Assembly (NCBI GenBank): GCA_016869235.1
Contig: VGER01000002.1
Coordinates: forward strand, 7,801-71,800
DNA from: Alphaproteobacteria bacterium
GTDB taxonomy: Bacteria > Pseudomonadota > Alphaproteobacteria > UBA2966 > CAIVPW01
Direction: 5' to 3'
Length of the DNA: 64,000 bases
Positions 12,342 through 26,450 of this stretch are shown piece after piece. The notes below the pieces were generated by a model. The model was not told where the DNA came from. It made no database searches and was given only the letters and a program-made list of their open reading frames with translations. The stretch's first letter is position 1. Every line of letters starts with the position of its first letter. Both the position numbers and the translations under genes were made by a program.

Positions 12342-13285
12342 CAGGCGCTCGCGCCGTGCCCAATGCTGGCAGCGCGCGCCGCCCTGAGCCGCGCGAAGTC
12401 GTCCCCGGCGTGATAGGACGACCGCGTCAGCGGCGAGCACGCGGCGAGCAGGAAGCCCTTCCCCATGGCGTAGCGGCGCAGCTCCTCGAACTCGTCGGGC
12501 GGCACGAAGCGATCGACCGGCGCGTGCTCCAACGTCGGCTGCAGGTACTGGCCGATGGTGAGGAAGTCCACCCCGGCCGAGCGCATGTCATCCATGACCT
12601 GCAGCACCTCGGCCTTGGTCTCGCCGAGGCCGACCATCAGGCCCGACTTGGTGAAGATCATCGGATCGCGCTGCTTCGCCTCCTGCAGCAGGCGCAGCGA
12701 ATGGAAGTAGCGCGCGCCGGGCCGGATGGTGGGATAGAGGCGCGGCACCGTCTCGACGTTGTGGTTGTAGACGTCGGGCTTGGCCGCGACGAGCGCGGCG
12801 ATGGCGCCGTCCTTGCGCAGGAAATCGGGCGTCAGTACTTCGATAGTGGTGCCGGGCACCTCGGCGCGCAGGCGCTGGATGACCCTGACGAAGTGCCCCG
12901 CGCCGCCGTCATCGAGATCGTCGCGGTCGACCGACGTGACGACGACGTGCGCGAGACCGAGCTTTTTCACCGACAGCGCGACGTTGTCGGGCTCGAACGG
13001 ATCGACGTGCTTCGGCTGGCCGGTGGCGACGTTGCAGAACGAGCAGGCGCGCGTGCACACGTCGCCGAGGATCATCACCGTGGCGTGGCCGTGGGACCAG
13101 CACTCGCCGATGTTGGGGCACGCCGCCTCCTCGCACACGGTGTGCAGGTTGGCCGCGCGCATCAGACGGCGCGTCTGGTGATAGCCCTCGGACGTGGGGG
13201 CCTTGACGCGAATCCACGGCGGCTTCGGCTTGCGCAGCGGGGCCGCGGCTGAAGCGGGGGCGTCGATGGAGGAGGCTTCGCTCAA
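12341..13285 (-). CDS. lipA: Lipoyl synthase
   Basis: [12 protein letters not shown] and [10 protein letters not shown] radical-SAM/auxiliary cluster motifs. TTG start at 13285 preceded by AAGGGA. Confidence 0.93.
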   Translation of the reverse strand: MSEASSIDAPASAAAPLRKPKPPWIRVKAPTSEGYHQTRRLMRAANLHTVCEEAACPNIGECWSHGHATVMILGDVCTRACSFCNVATGQPKHVDPFEPDNVALSVKKLGLAHVVVTSVDRDDLDDGGAGHFVRVIQRLRAEVPGTTIEVLTPDFLRKDGAIAALVAAKPDVYNHNVETVPRLYPTIRPGARYFHSLRLLQEAKQRDPMIFTKSGLMVGLGETKAEVLQVMDDMRSAGVDFLTIGQYLQPTLEHAPVDRFVPPDEFEELRRYAMGKGFLLAACSPLTRSSYHAGDDFARLRAARAASIGHGASA

Positions 13286-13300
13286 GTCAAATCCCTTGGC

Positions 13301-14695
<1,395 letters not shown>

Positions 14696-14715
14696 GGTGG
14701 TGCTCGCGTGGCCGA

Positions 14716-15939
14716 TCAGAGCAGCATGGTCATCGGCTCCTCGAGGAAGCCTTTGACGGCGGCGAGGAAGTTGGCACCGATGGCGCCGTCGACGACGCGA
14801 TGGTCGCACGACAAGGTGATTTTCATCACGGTGGCGATGGCCAGGGCGCCGTGCTTGACCACCGGGCGTTTCTCCCCCGCGCCGACGGCAAGGATGCCGG
14901 CCTGGGGCGGATTGATGATGGCGCCAAAGTTCTTCACTCCGTACATGCCGAGGTTCGAGATGGTGAAGCCGCCTCCCTTATACTCCTCGGGAATGAGCTT
15001 GCCGGCGCGTGCCTTTTCGGCGAGCGCCTTCATCTCGGTCGAGATCTCTGCCAGGCCCTTCTGGTCGGCGTGGCGGAGGATGGGCGTGATGAGTCCGTTC
15101 GGCAGCGCCACGGCGACCGCAACGTCGATGGACGACAGGCGCAAGGTGCCGGTCGCCGTCACCTGCGCGTTCATCTCCGGCACCTTGCGCAGCGCAAAGG
15201 CAACGGCGCGGATGACGAAATCGTTGACGCTGAGCTTGTGGGAGTCCGTCTTGGCGTTCAGCTCTGCGCGGGCCTCCAGCAGGCGGTCGATGACGCAATC
15301 GGCGCTCAGATAGATGTGCGGGATCGTCCGCCACGCCTCGGCGAGGCGCTCCGCGGTGATGCGGCGGATGTTGTTGTGCGGAACGAGCGTGCCGGCTTCC
15401 GTGGGGAGCGGCGGGGCCTTCGCCGCAACGGGCACGACGCCCTTCGGTGCGCCGGCGAGATCGCGCTGGACGATGCGGCCGCCGGGGCCGCTGCCTTTCA
15501 GCGTCGCGAGGTCGATGCCCTGCTCCTTCGTCAGCTTGCGCGCGAGCGGGCTCGCCAGGATGCGGCCGCCGGAGCCGTTGGGCCGCGTGGGCGGCGGCGA
15601 TGGGGCGGCTGACTTGGCGGCGGGTGCAGGCGTGGGCGGCGGAGCTGGGCCAACCGGCTTCACCTCGACCTTCTTGTCGAGAGCAGACTTGTCCTCGCAC
15701 TCCTCCAGGAGCATGGCGATGACGCTGTTCACCTTCACCCCGGCGGTGCCGGCCGGCACCACGATGCGCCCGAGGGTACCGCCGTCGGCGGCCTCCAGCT
15801 CCATCGTCGCCTTGTCGGTCTCGATCTCGGCGATCACCTCGCCCGGCTTCACCGTGTCGCCTTCGCGCTTGCGCCACGTGGCGAGACGGCCCTCCGTCAT
15901 GGTGGGCGAAAGCGCCGGCATGGTCACCGGAATCGGCAC
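14716..15939 (-). CDS. pdhC: Pyruvate dehydrogenase E2, dihydrolipoamide acetyltransferase
   Basis: GTG at 15939 gives (M)[16 protein letters not shown]; alternative ATG at 15921. Lipoyl motif [10 protein letters not shown] linker, E3-binding ASPLARKL, catalytic DHRVVDG. Confidence 0.9.
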   Translation of the reverse strand: MPIPVTMPALSPTMTEGRLATWRKREGDTVKPGEVIAEIETDKATMELEAADGGTLGRIVVPAGTAGVKVNSVIAMLLEECEDKSALDKKVEVKPVGPAPPPTPAPAAKSAAPSPPPTRPNGSGGRILASPLARKLTKEQGIDLATLKGSGPGGRIVQRDLAGAPKGVVPVAAKAPPLPTEAGTLVPHNNIRRITAERLAEAWRTIPHIYLSADCVIDRLLEARAELNAKTDSHKLSVNDFVIRAVAFALRKVPEMNAQVTATGTLRLSSIDVAVAVALPNGLITPILRHADQKGLAEISTEMKALAEKARAGKLIPEEYKGGGFTISNLGMYGVKNFGAIINPPQAGILAVGAGEKRPVVKHGALAIATVMKITLSCDHRVVDGAIGANFLAAVKGFLEEPMTMLL

Positions 15940-17321
15940 TAGCGGTACAACACCGACTTGGCAGCCGCCACGACGTGCTCGGGCTTGGACAGCGCGAGCT
16001 TCTCGAGGTTGGCGGCGTACGGCAGCGGCACGTCCTGGCCGGTAACGCGCGCCGGCGGCGCATCGAGGTCGTCGAAGGCGTGTTGCACTACCAACGCGGC
16101 GATCTCGGCCCCGATGCCGCAGGTGGGCCAGGCCTCTTCGACCGAGACGATGCGGTTGGTCTTGCGCACCGAGGCGAGGATCGTCTCGATGTCGAGCGGA
16201 CGCAGCGTGCGCAGGTCGATCACTTCGGCCTCGATGCCGTCCTTCGCCAGATCGTCGGCGGCGGCAAGCGAGTGCGCGACCGAGATCGAGTGCGCGACGA
16301 TGGTAACGTGCTTGCCTTCGCGGGCGATGCGCGCCTTGCCGATGGGCAGCACGTAATCGCCGGCCGGAACCTCGAATGAGCGGCCGTACAACAGCTCGTT
16401 CTCGAGGAACACGACGGGATTGGGATCGCGGATCGCCGCCTTGAGAAGGCCTTTGGCGTCGGCCGCAGTGTACGGCGAGATGACCTTGAGGCCCGGCACG
16501 CTGGCGTACCACGCCGAGAAGTCCTGGCTGTGTTGCGCGGCAACGCGCGCGGCCGGCCCGTTGGGGCCGCGGAAGACGATCGGCACCGGCATCTGGCCGC
16601 CCGACATGTAAAGTGTCTTCGCCGCCGAGTTGACAATGTGGTCGATCGCCTGCATGGCGAAGTTGAACGTCATGAACTCGACGATCGGCTTCAGGCCCGC
16701 GTAGGCCGCGCCGACGCCGACGCCGGCAAAGCCGTACTCGGTGATGGGCGTGTCCACCACGCGTCTCGGGCCGAACTCGGCCAACAGGCCCTGGCTGACC
16801 TTGTAGGCGCCCTCGTACTGCGCGACTTCCTCGCCCATCAGGAACACGTCGGGATCGCGACGCATCTCCTCCGCCATGGCGTCGCGCAGCGCGTCGCGCA
16901 CCGTCTGCGTGACAGTCGCGGCGCCGGCGGCCGGCTCGGTCGAAGCGGGCTTTGGCCTATTGGGCTCCTTCACCGGTACCGGCTTCTGCGCCAGCCGCGC
17001 CTGCACGGGCTTCGGTTGCGGCGCCGGGCCGCGTTCGGGCGCCTTGGGCGGCGACTTGTCTAGCGCGGCCTTGTCCTCGCCGTCGCTGAGCAGCAGCGCG
17101 ATGACCTCGTTCACCGGAACTTCGTCGCTGCCCTCCGGAACAACCACCTTGCCGAGCACGCCCTCGTCGGCGGCCTCGAGCTCCATCGTGGCCTTGTCCG
17201 TCTCGATCTCCGCCAGCACGTCGCCGGAGGCCACCTTCTCGCCGACCGACTTGCGCCAGCGGGCGATGCGCCCGTGGGTCATGGTCGGCGACAGTGCGGG
17301 CATGCGGACGGCGGTCGGCAC
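15939..17321 (-). CDS. pdhB: Pyruvate dehydrogenase E1 beta subunit carrying an N-terminal lipoyl domain
   Basis: GTG at 17321 gives (M)[24 protein letters not shown], then a P/A linker, then the transketolase-like beta subunit ([16 protein letters not shown]). Confidence 0.9.
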   Translation of the reverse strand: MPTAVRMPALSPTMTHGRIARWRKSVGEKVASGDVLAEIETDKATMELEAADEGVLGKVVVPEGSDEVPVNEVIALLLSDGEDKAALDKSPPKAPERGPAPQPKPVQARLAQKPVPVKEPNRPKPASTEPAAGAATVTQTVRDALRDAMAEEMRRDPDVFLMGEEVAQYEGAYKVSQGLLAEFGPRRVVDTPITEYGFAGVGVGAAYAGLKPIVEFMTFNFAMQAIDHIVNSAAKTLYMSGGQMPVPIVFRGPNGPAARVAAQHSQDFSAWYASVPGLKVISPYTAADAKGLLKAAIRDPNPVVFLENELLYGRSFEVPAGDYVLPIGKARIAREGKHVTIVAHSISVAHSLAAADDLAKDGIEAEVIDLRTLRPLDIETILASVRKTNRIVSVEEAWPTCGIGAEIAALVVQHAFDDLDAPPARVTGQDVPLPYAANLEKLALSKPEHVVAAAKSVLYR

Positions 17322-17322
17322 G

Positions 17323-18360
17323 CTAGGCGTCCAACAGCACGTCGGTGTAGAGCTCGGACGGATCGGGCTCTGGGCTTTGTTGGGCAAACTCGGCGGCCGC
17401 GGTGATGCGGTCCCTGATCTCACGATCGATGGCTTTGAGCGAGTCCTCGTCCAGGCCAGCCTTGATCAGACGCCCACGCAAATGGTCGATGGGATCGCGT
17501 TCGGTCTTCACCTTGTCGACCTCCTCGCGCGTGCGGTACTTGGCGGGATCGGACATGGAGTGACCGCGATAGCGGTACGTCATCATCTCGAGGATCATCG
17601 GGCCCTCGCTGCGCGCGTAGGCGACAGCCTCGTCGGCAGCGGCGCGTACGGTCAGCACGTCCATGCCATCCACCTGGCGCCCAGGGATGCCGAAGCTCTC
17701 CCCGCGCTTGGACAGCTGAGTCTGCGCCGACGAGCGCGCCACCGACGTGCCCATGGCGTACTGGTTGTTCTCGATGACGAACAGGATGGGCAGCTTCCAC
17801 AGCTGCGCCATGTTGAAGGACTCGGCGACCTGCCCCTGGTTGGCGGCACCGTCGCCGAAATAGGCGAGCACAATGTTGTCGGTGTCGCGATAGCGCGCGG
17901 CGAAAGCGAGACCCAGGCCGAGTGACGCCGGCGTGCCTACAATGCCGTGGCCGCCGAAGAAGTTTTTCTCGCGCGAGAACATGTGCATCGAGCCGCCTTT
18001 GCCGCGCGAGTAGCCGTCGACGCGGCCGGTGAGCTCGGCCATGACGCCCTTCGGGTTCATGCCCGTCGCCAGCATGTGGCCGTGATCGCGGTAGCTGGTG
18101 ATGACCATGTCGTCGGCCGTGATGGCGGCCTGCATGCCGACCACGACCGCTTCCTGGCCGATGTAGAGGTGGCAGAAGCCGCCGATCAGCCCCATGCCAT
18201 ACAGCTGCCCGGCCTTCTCCTCGAAACGGCGGATGAGCAGCATGTCGCGGTAGTAGGCGAGCATCTCGTCGCGCGAGGGGGACTTGGCCGCGCTGCCGTT
18301 GCCGCCGCCGTTCGCCGGCTTGCCGCCGGAGGGAGCGCTCTTCGTGGCCTTGCTAACCAT
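17323..18360 (-). CDS. pdhA: Pyruvate dehydrogenase E1 alpha subunit
   Basis: [43 protein letters not shown]. Start uncertain: ATG 18360 or 18372. The tracked ORF start at 18444 is probably too far upstream. Confidence 0.88.
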   Translation of the reverse strand: MVSKATKSAPSGGKPANGGGNGSAAKSPSRDEMLAYYRDMLLIRRFEEKAGQLYGMGLIGGFCHLYIGQEAVVVGMQAAITADDMVITSYRDHGHMLATGMNPKGVMAELTGRVDGYSRGKGGSMHMFSREKNFFGGHGIVGTPASLGLGLAFAARYRDTDNIVLAYFGDGAANQGQVAESFNMAQLWKLPILFVIENNQYAMGTSVARSSAQTQLSKRGESFGIPGRQVDGMDVLTVRAAADEAVAYARSEGPMILEMMTYRYRGHSMSDPAKYRTREEVDKVKTERDPIDHLRGRLIKAGLDEDSLKAIDREIRDRITAAAEFAQQSPEPDPSELYTDVLLDA

Positions 18361-18460
18361 GGGCGGCGGCATTCTACCGTCAAGCGAGGCGGAAATCCTT
18401 GCGCACCAAAGGGGTGTGCCCGCGCAGAGCGTCGCAGGCGGCAAGGAAATGTCCGCCGGC

Positions 18461-18769
18461 CTAGCGGCCGAGGATGATTATTTCGTCGGGGCGGGCAAGT
18501 CCGAGGACCGCGCGGGCCCGCTCATCCAAGAGGTCGCGGTCGAGGGCTTCCTCGCGCAGCAGGTTGACGCGGTGCTCGAGAGCGGCAATGCGAGTCCGGT
18601 TCAACACTTGGCGCTTCTGTAGCGCCTCGAGCTGACCGCAGAGACGGAACCACTCTTCGATGCCGCGATCGCCCTGCACTGCGTGGTAGCCGAAATAGGC
18701 GATGGCCGACGCGCCGAGGAGCGTCGCAAGAGCCGTGCGCGAGCGTTGCCGCAGCTCGAAGAGACCCAC
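18461..18769 (-). CDS. ftsB: Septum formation initiator FtsB/DivIC family
   Basis: 102 aa with a single TM (ALATLLGASAIAYFGYHAV) and a coiled coil. GTG start. Conserved eno-ftsB-pdhA context. Confidence 0.75.
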   Translation of the reverse strand: MGLFELRQRSRTALATLLGASAIAYFGYHAVQGDRGIEEWFRLCGQLEALQKRQVLNRTRIAALEHRVNLLREEALDRDLLDERARAVLGLARPDEIIILGR

Positions 18770-18807
18770 GCGCTCAGAGAATCACGTCGCGGGCGAAAAC
18801 ACAACGC

Positions 18808-18876
18808 CAGGATTGCTCGCAACGACGCCGGCGGTCATCGCGAGGAGCGCGGCGACGAAGCAATCCAGGAGCGGTC
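18808..18876. repeat. Imperfect palindromic REP-like element containing the AGCAATCCAGG core
   Basis: CCAGGATTGCT (18808-18818) pairs 10/11 with AGCAATCCAGG (about 18860-18870). The arms resemble the TTGCGAGCGAAG..AAGC(A/T)ATCCAGGCGTTGTC repeats at 31168 and 37981. Confidence 0.5.
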
Positions 18877-18884
18877 TTCTTGGC

Positions 18885-22751
<3,867 letters not shown>

Positions 22752-22778
22752 CTAGCGACAAACGCACACCGTCGCGAA

Positions 22779-22799
22779 CGGCGGCCGCATGGGCCGCCG
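22779..22799 (-). terminator. GC hairpin downstream of secG (possible terminator or attenuator)
   Basis: CGGCGGCC-N5-GGCCGCCG, a perfect 8-bp stem 12 nt after the secG stop. Only a short T run follows, so this is weak as an intrinsic terminator. Confidence 0.35.
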
Positions 22800-22810
22800 G
22801 CAGAAGCGGC

Positions 22811-23317
22811 CTACGGAACTCCGCCGCCCGGCGCCGGAGCGGGCGTCGGCGGGAACGGATTCTGGCCGGGCGGAAACGCGGGCGCCGGAACGACCGGGCT
22901 CTGGTTCGCCGGCGCGGGCGCCGGCACCACCGGAGCGGGCACCACGGGGGCCGGTTGTTGCGCTGGAGGCTGTGCGCCAGCGGGAACGACGGGAGGCGCC
23001 AGGGCCGGGCCGGGAATCGGCGCCGGCGTCGGGAACTGGATCGGCGGCAGCTCGGGCGCGCGGTCGAGCACCGAGCCACGCCGCTCGCCGCCGGTCAGCA
23101 CCGCCAGCAGGATGCTGGTGCCCAAGAACGCCGCCGCAAGGATCGCCGTGGTGCGCGTCAGCAGGTTGGCCGTGGCGCGGCCGCTCATCAGGCCCAGACC
23201 CCCCGAGGCGCCGCCGCCGCCCATGCCGAGGCCGCCGCCCTCGCTGCGCTGCAACAGGACGACGCCGATCAAAGCGATCGCCAGCATGACGTGAATGACG
23301 AGGACGAGCTTGAGCAT
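22811..23317 (-). CDS. secG: Preprotein translocase subunit SecG with a long Pro/Ala-rich C-terminal tail
   Basis: MLKLVLVIHVMLAIALIGVVLLQRSEGGGLG..., second TM, then about 90 aa of P/A/V/Q-rich sequence. Confidence 0.85.
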   Translation of the reverse strand: MLKLVLVIHVMLAIALIGVVLLQRSEGGGLGMGGGGASGGLGLMSGRATANLLTRTTAILAAAFLGTSILLAVLTGGERRGSVLDRAPELPPIQFPTPAPIPGPALAPPVVPAGAQPPAQQPAPVVPAPVVPAPAPANQSPVVPAPAFPPGQNPFPPTPAPAPGGGVP

Positions 23318-23428
23318 CCGATCTCGGGTGGCGGAGGGTCAGGAGCCGCGTGGACCAAGGTCCGCCGCGGACGTGGGGTTATAGCACAGGGCCGAACGAT
23401 GACTAGCTGGGACGGCTGGCGACGCAGT

Positions 23429-24337
23429 TCAACCCGCGGCGGCACCCGCATCGAGTCTGCCCCGCCTCCGCTCCTTGGGCGAGACGCGTTGGCGGATCCA
23501 GCCCGCCAGGGTCACGCCAAGGCCGAGCGCGAGCACGATCCAGCCGGGGTTCATCCAGCCGTCGAGCGTGAAATTGCTGGAGAGGAACGCCCAGGCGCTG
23601 AGGCGGCCGTTGGAGTTGATGGCGAAGAACGCCGCGTGGCCGATCATGGTCGCCGCCGCGGCGAAGATGCTGAGCCCGATCAGCCACGGCGTCGGCATGG
23701 TGCCGCGCCAGGCGTACAGCACGCGGTAGAGCAGCAGCAACACCAACGAGCCGGCGAGCACATGACCCTCCGGGTCGTAGGTCTTGATGAGCAGCAGATA
23801 GAAGTGGAGCATCGCCAGGACCCCCACCGCGTAGACGAACTGGTGCAGCCGCCGCCACCGCGCGCCGCCGAGCCGCTTCACCATGGCGTCGGTGGACGTC
23901 ACCGCCAGCGGCAGCATCGCTAGCACGGCGATCGTCCCCACCAGCAGGTAGAACCGCAGGACGACTTCGGAGCCGATGCGGCCCCAGTCGTAGGCCATGT
24001 ACGGCACGTACACCCACAGGTGCACGGCGGAGTAGGTGAACGCGGCAATGCCAATCATGCGCCGCACGGTGATCAGCTTCGGCCACTGCAGGACGCGGCG
24101 CAGCGGCGTGATCGCCAGCGTGACGATGATGAAGCGCAGCCCCCACAGGCCGGTCTCGTTGAGCAGCACCTTGAGAGGAAAGCCGCCGAGGTTGCCGGTG
24201 AAATAGCGCCAGGCGATCCACACGCCCGGCGCCACCACCAGCACGAATACCGCCGCCTTGAGCGGCGCAAAGGTGCCGGCCTTGTCGGTGAACGGCGCCA
24301 GGGAACGGCGCCGGAGTTCCGCCGCCGTCAGGGCCAC
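23429..24337 (-). CDS. MsrQ/YedZ-like ferric-reductase-type transmembrane haem protein with extra C-terminal TM segments
   Basis: 302 aa, GTG start. Matches the YedZ pattern (ITPLRR, AVHLWVY, RLHQFVY, MLHFYL), then about 95 extra residues with further hydrophobic segments. No msrP nearby. Confidence 0.7.
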   Translation of the reverse strand: MALTAAELRRRSLAPFTDKAGTFAPLKAAVFVLVVAPGVWIAWRYFTGNLGGFPLKVLLNETGLWGLRFIIVTLAITPLRRVLQWPKLITVRRMIGIAAFTYSAVHLWVYVPYMAYDWGRIGSEVVLRFYLLVGTIAVLAMLPLAVTSTDAMVKRLGGARWRRLHQFVYAVGVLAMLHFYLLLIKTYDPEGHVLAGSLVLLLLYRVLYAWRGTMPTPWLIGLSIFAAAATMIGHAAFFAINSNGRLSAWAFLSSNFTLDGWMNPGWIVLALGLGVTLAGWIRQRVSPKERRRGRLDAGAAAG

Positions 24338-24350
24338 CCGCGCCCGTCCC

Positions 24351-25151
24351 TTACGCCTTCACCCGCACCGGGGCGGAGACTTCCGAGGGCTTCGGTACCG
24401 CCTCGATGATGGACCAGAAGGTGTCCGACTTGAGGCTGGCGCCACCCACCAGCGCGCCGTTGACGTGCGGGACGCGCAGGATGTCGTGGGCGTTCTTCTC
24501 GTTGACGGAGCCGCCGTAGAGGATGCGGATGGCGAATCCGTCGTAATCGAAGCGCTCGAACAGGAGGTCACGGATCTGCTGGTGCACCTCGGCGATCTCG
24601 GCGGAGGTCGGCGTGCGGCCGGTGCCGATCGCCCACACCGGCTCGTAGGCGATGACCGTGTTGCCCGAATGGCAACTCTCCGGCACGGACTCCTCGAGCT
24701 GCTTGGTGACCACCTCGATGGTCTTGCCGGCGTCGCGCTCTTCTTGCGTCTCGCCGATGCAGATGATCGCCGTCATGCGCGTGCGGTGCACCGCTTCCGC
24801 CTTGGCCCGCACCAGTTCGTTGGTCTCGTGATGGTCGCGGCGTCGCTCGGAATGGCCGACGATGACGCACGCGCACCCCAAGTTGGCGATCTGCTCGGCG
24901 GAGACGTCGCCGGTGTGCGCGCCGTTGGCGAGCTGGCTGCAGTCTTGCGCTCCCACCTTGATCGGCGTCGGGGCCAGGAACGCGCACAAGGAGCCGGCGA
25001 TGGTGATGGGCGGGCAGACGGCCACGTCCACCGGCGGACCCATCCGGTTCATCATGCGCTCGGCGACGTCGTTGGCGAGCTGATGGCCATCGTTGTGGAA
25101 GGTGTTCATCTTCCAGTTGCCGGCGATCAATGGAATCGGTGCGTTCGCCAT
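24351..25151 (-). CDS. tpiA: Triosephosphate isomerase
   Basis: LIAGNWKMN, VGHSERR, AYEPVWAIGTG, YGGSV. Confidence 0.96.
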   Translation of the reverse strand: MANAPIPLIAGNWKMNTFHNDGHQLANDVAERMMNRMGPPVDVAVCPPITIAGSLCAFLAPTPIKVGAQDCSQLANGAHTGDVSAEQIANLGCACVIVGHSERRRDHHETNELVRAKAEAVHRTRMTAIICIGETQEERDAGKTIEVVTKQLEESVPESCHSGNTVIAYEPVWAIGTGRTPTSAEIAEVHQQIRDLLFERFDYDGFAIRILYGGSVNEKNAHDILRVPHVNGALVGGASLKSDTFWSIIEAVPKPSEVSAPVRVKA

Positions 25152-25175
25152 CCGCGTCTCCTGCCTGCGCTGCGA

Positions 25176-26279
25176 CTAGTTTCGGACGTTCGGAACAACG
25201 GCACCCCCCCCCCCCCCCGCGAGCTGCTTGTTGCGGATTTCCCTGGCCGTCTCCTCGATGGCCAGGAACCGCAGCGCGGTGGAGGGATGCGTGCCGCCCC
25301 GCAGATGAATAGCACCTGGGTCGAGCACGGCGAAGCGCCGGATAACATCCGCGGCGTTCTCGACGTTGTAGCCGGCGCGGGCGGCGTAATAGGTACCGAC
25401 GTAGTCGGCCTCGGACTCGTGGTCTTGGCTGTTCAGGCGAGCCCCCATGGTGGCCCCCTGTACGGCCAGGCCGATGCCGACCGCGGCGCCGAGGGGCCCT
25501 GCGGCCAGCAGCGCGCCGCTGGCTCCCAGGATGCCGCCGGTGACCGCGTTCTGGGTCGAGGTATCGCGGTGGCCGAGGACCTTGTGCGCCAGCTCGTGAC
25601 CGACGATCAGGGCAAGCTCGTCGTCGGTCTTCACGAAGCGAAGCAGGCCGGTCGTGACCTCGACCTTGGAGCCGTCGGCGAACGCAACGATGCGCTCGGA
25701 GCGGCGCAGGCCGAAGCCGTAGTCGCAGGCCTTCTCGGCACTCATGGCCATGGTGATCGTCTCGTCGCCGCGCTTGACCGTGAGGGCGATGGGGCCGTTC
25801 GCGGCCGCGGCGCGGAGGGAATTCATCATCTCGGCCTGGCCACGCGCACCCGTCCCAACGTCGACGCCGCCGACATCGAGGATGCGATCGCCGACGCGGA
25901 TGCCGCTGCGGTCGGCGGGGCTGCCGGCGATGACGTGAAAGACCCACGGCTGGTCGTCGACGTCGTTGGCGCCGATCGGATTGCCGAACACCTTGCGGGC
26001 CGCCGCACGCTGCGCGTTGGGAAACCCACCGGCATTGGTGGCCATCATGCCGGTGTAGAGCGGCCCGGCCTTGGGGCAGTGCGCCGCATTGGCCCGGGCG
26101 ATGTTGGCGAACACGGTGCTCGCCTGGATGAGGTGGTCGCGATAGTCGGTGAGGAAGATCTCGTTCTGCTTCTCGACCTCTGCGATCGCCAGCTTGGTGT
26201 CTACCTCCGGCAGGAGCTTCGTCCGCCCCGCACACGCCGTCAGAAGAACGCACGCTAAGATACTGGACGTACTACGCAT
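25176..26279 (-). CDS. M48-family zinc metalloprotease lipoprotein with internal PDZ domain
   Basis: Lipobox LLTAC after MRSTSSILACV (ATG 26279; alternative 26288). PDZ-like GSPADRSGIRVGDRILDVGG. HELAHKVLGH and ESEADYVG metal-site motifs. Confidence 0.8.
   Translation of the reverse strand: MRSTSSILACVLLTACAGRTKLLPEVDTKLAIAEVEKQNEIFLTDYRDHLIQASTVFANIARANAAHCPKAGPLYTGMMATNAGGFPNAQRAAARKVFGNPIGANDVDDQPWVFHVIAGSPADRSGIRVGDRILDVGGVDVGTGARGQAEMMNSLRAAAANGPIALTVKRGDETITMAMSAEKACDYGFGLRRSERIVAFADGSKVEVTTGLLRFVKTDDELALIVGHELAHKVLGHRDTSTQNAVTGGILGASGALLAAGPLGAAVGIGLAVQGATMGARLNSQDHESEADYVGTYYAARAGYNVENAADVIRRFAVLDPGAIHLRGGTHPSTALRFLAIEETAREIRNKQLAGGGGGAVVPNVRN
25204..25218. repeat. 15-nt C(+)/G(-) homopolymer inside the 3' end of the M48/PDZ gene
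   Basis: Counted directly: 7 C at 25204-25210 plus 8 C at 25211-25218. It encodes the GGGGG run 8 codons before the stop and lies 53-67 nt upstream of the tpiA ATG. Confidence 0.95.
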
Positions 26280-26450
26280 ATACCCCATCCGTGCTGAGTG
26301 GGTCATAGCCGCCGATGTGGATTCCGGAAGCGCGTGGACGATCCCCGCCGCCAATGCGGGCCCTCCGGTACCCTGCTCGTATCCGGGGTTGCTACCTCCG
26401 TCGAGGCAGGAGACGCTCTCCCTCCCGCGCCCTCGACACGCGTGCAGGCG

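Noticed and set aside
24258-26258. 666-aa plus-strand ORF, and similar long ORFs such as 69..1106 +, 9104..10279 -, 13307..15313 +, 21063..22730 +, 27557..28864 -, 33382..34458 -, 37106..38347 -
   Set aside because: They run antisense to genes with unambiguous family motifs and have Arg/Ala/Gly/Pro-rich translations without motifs. They are the expected stop-codon-poor shadows of a high-GC genome.
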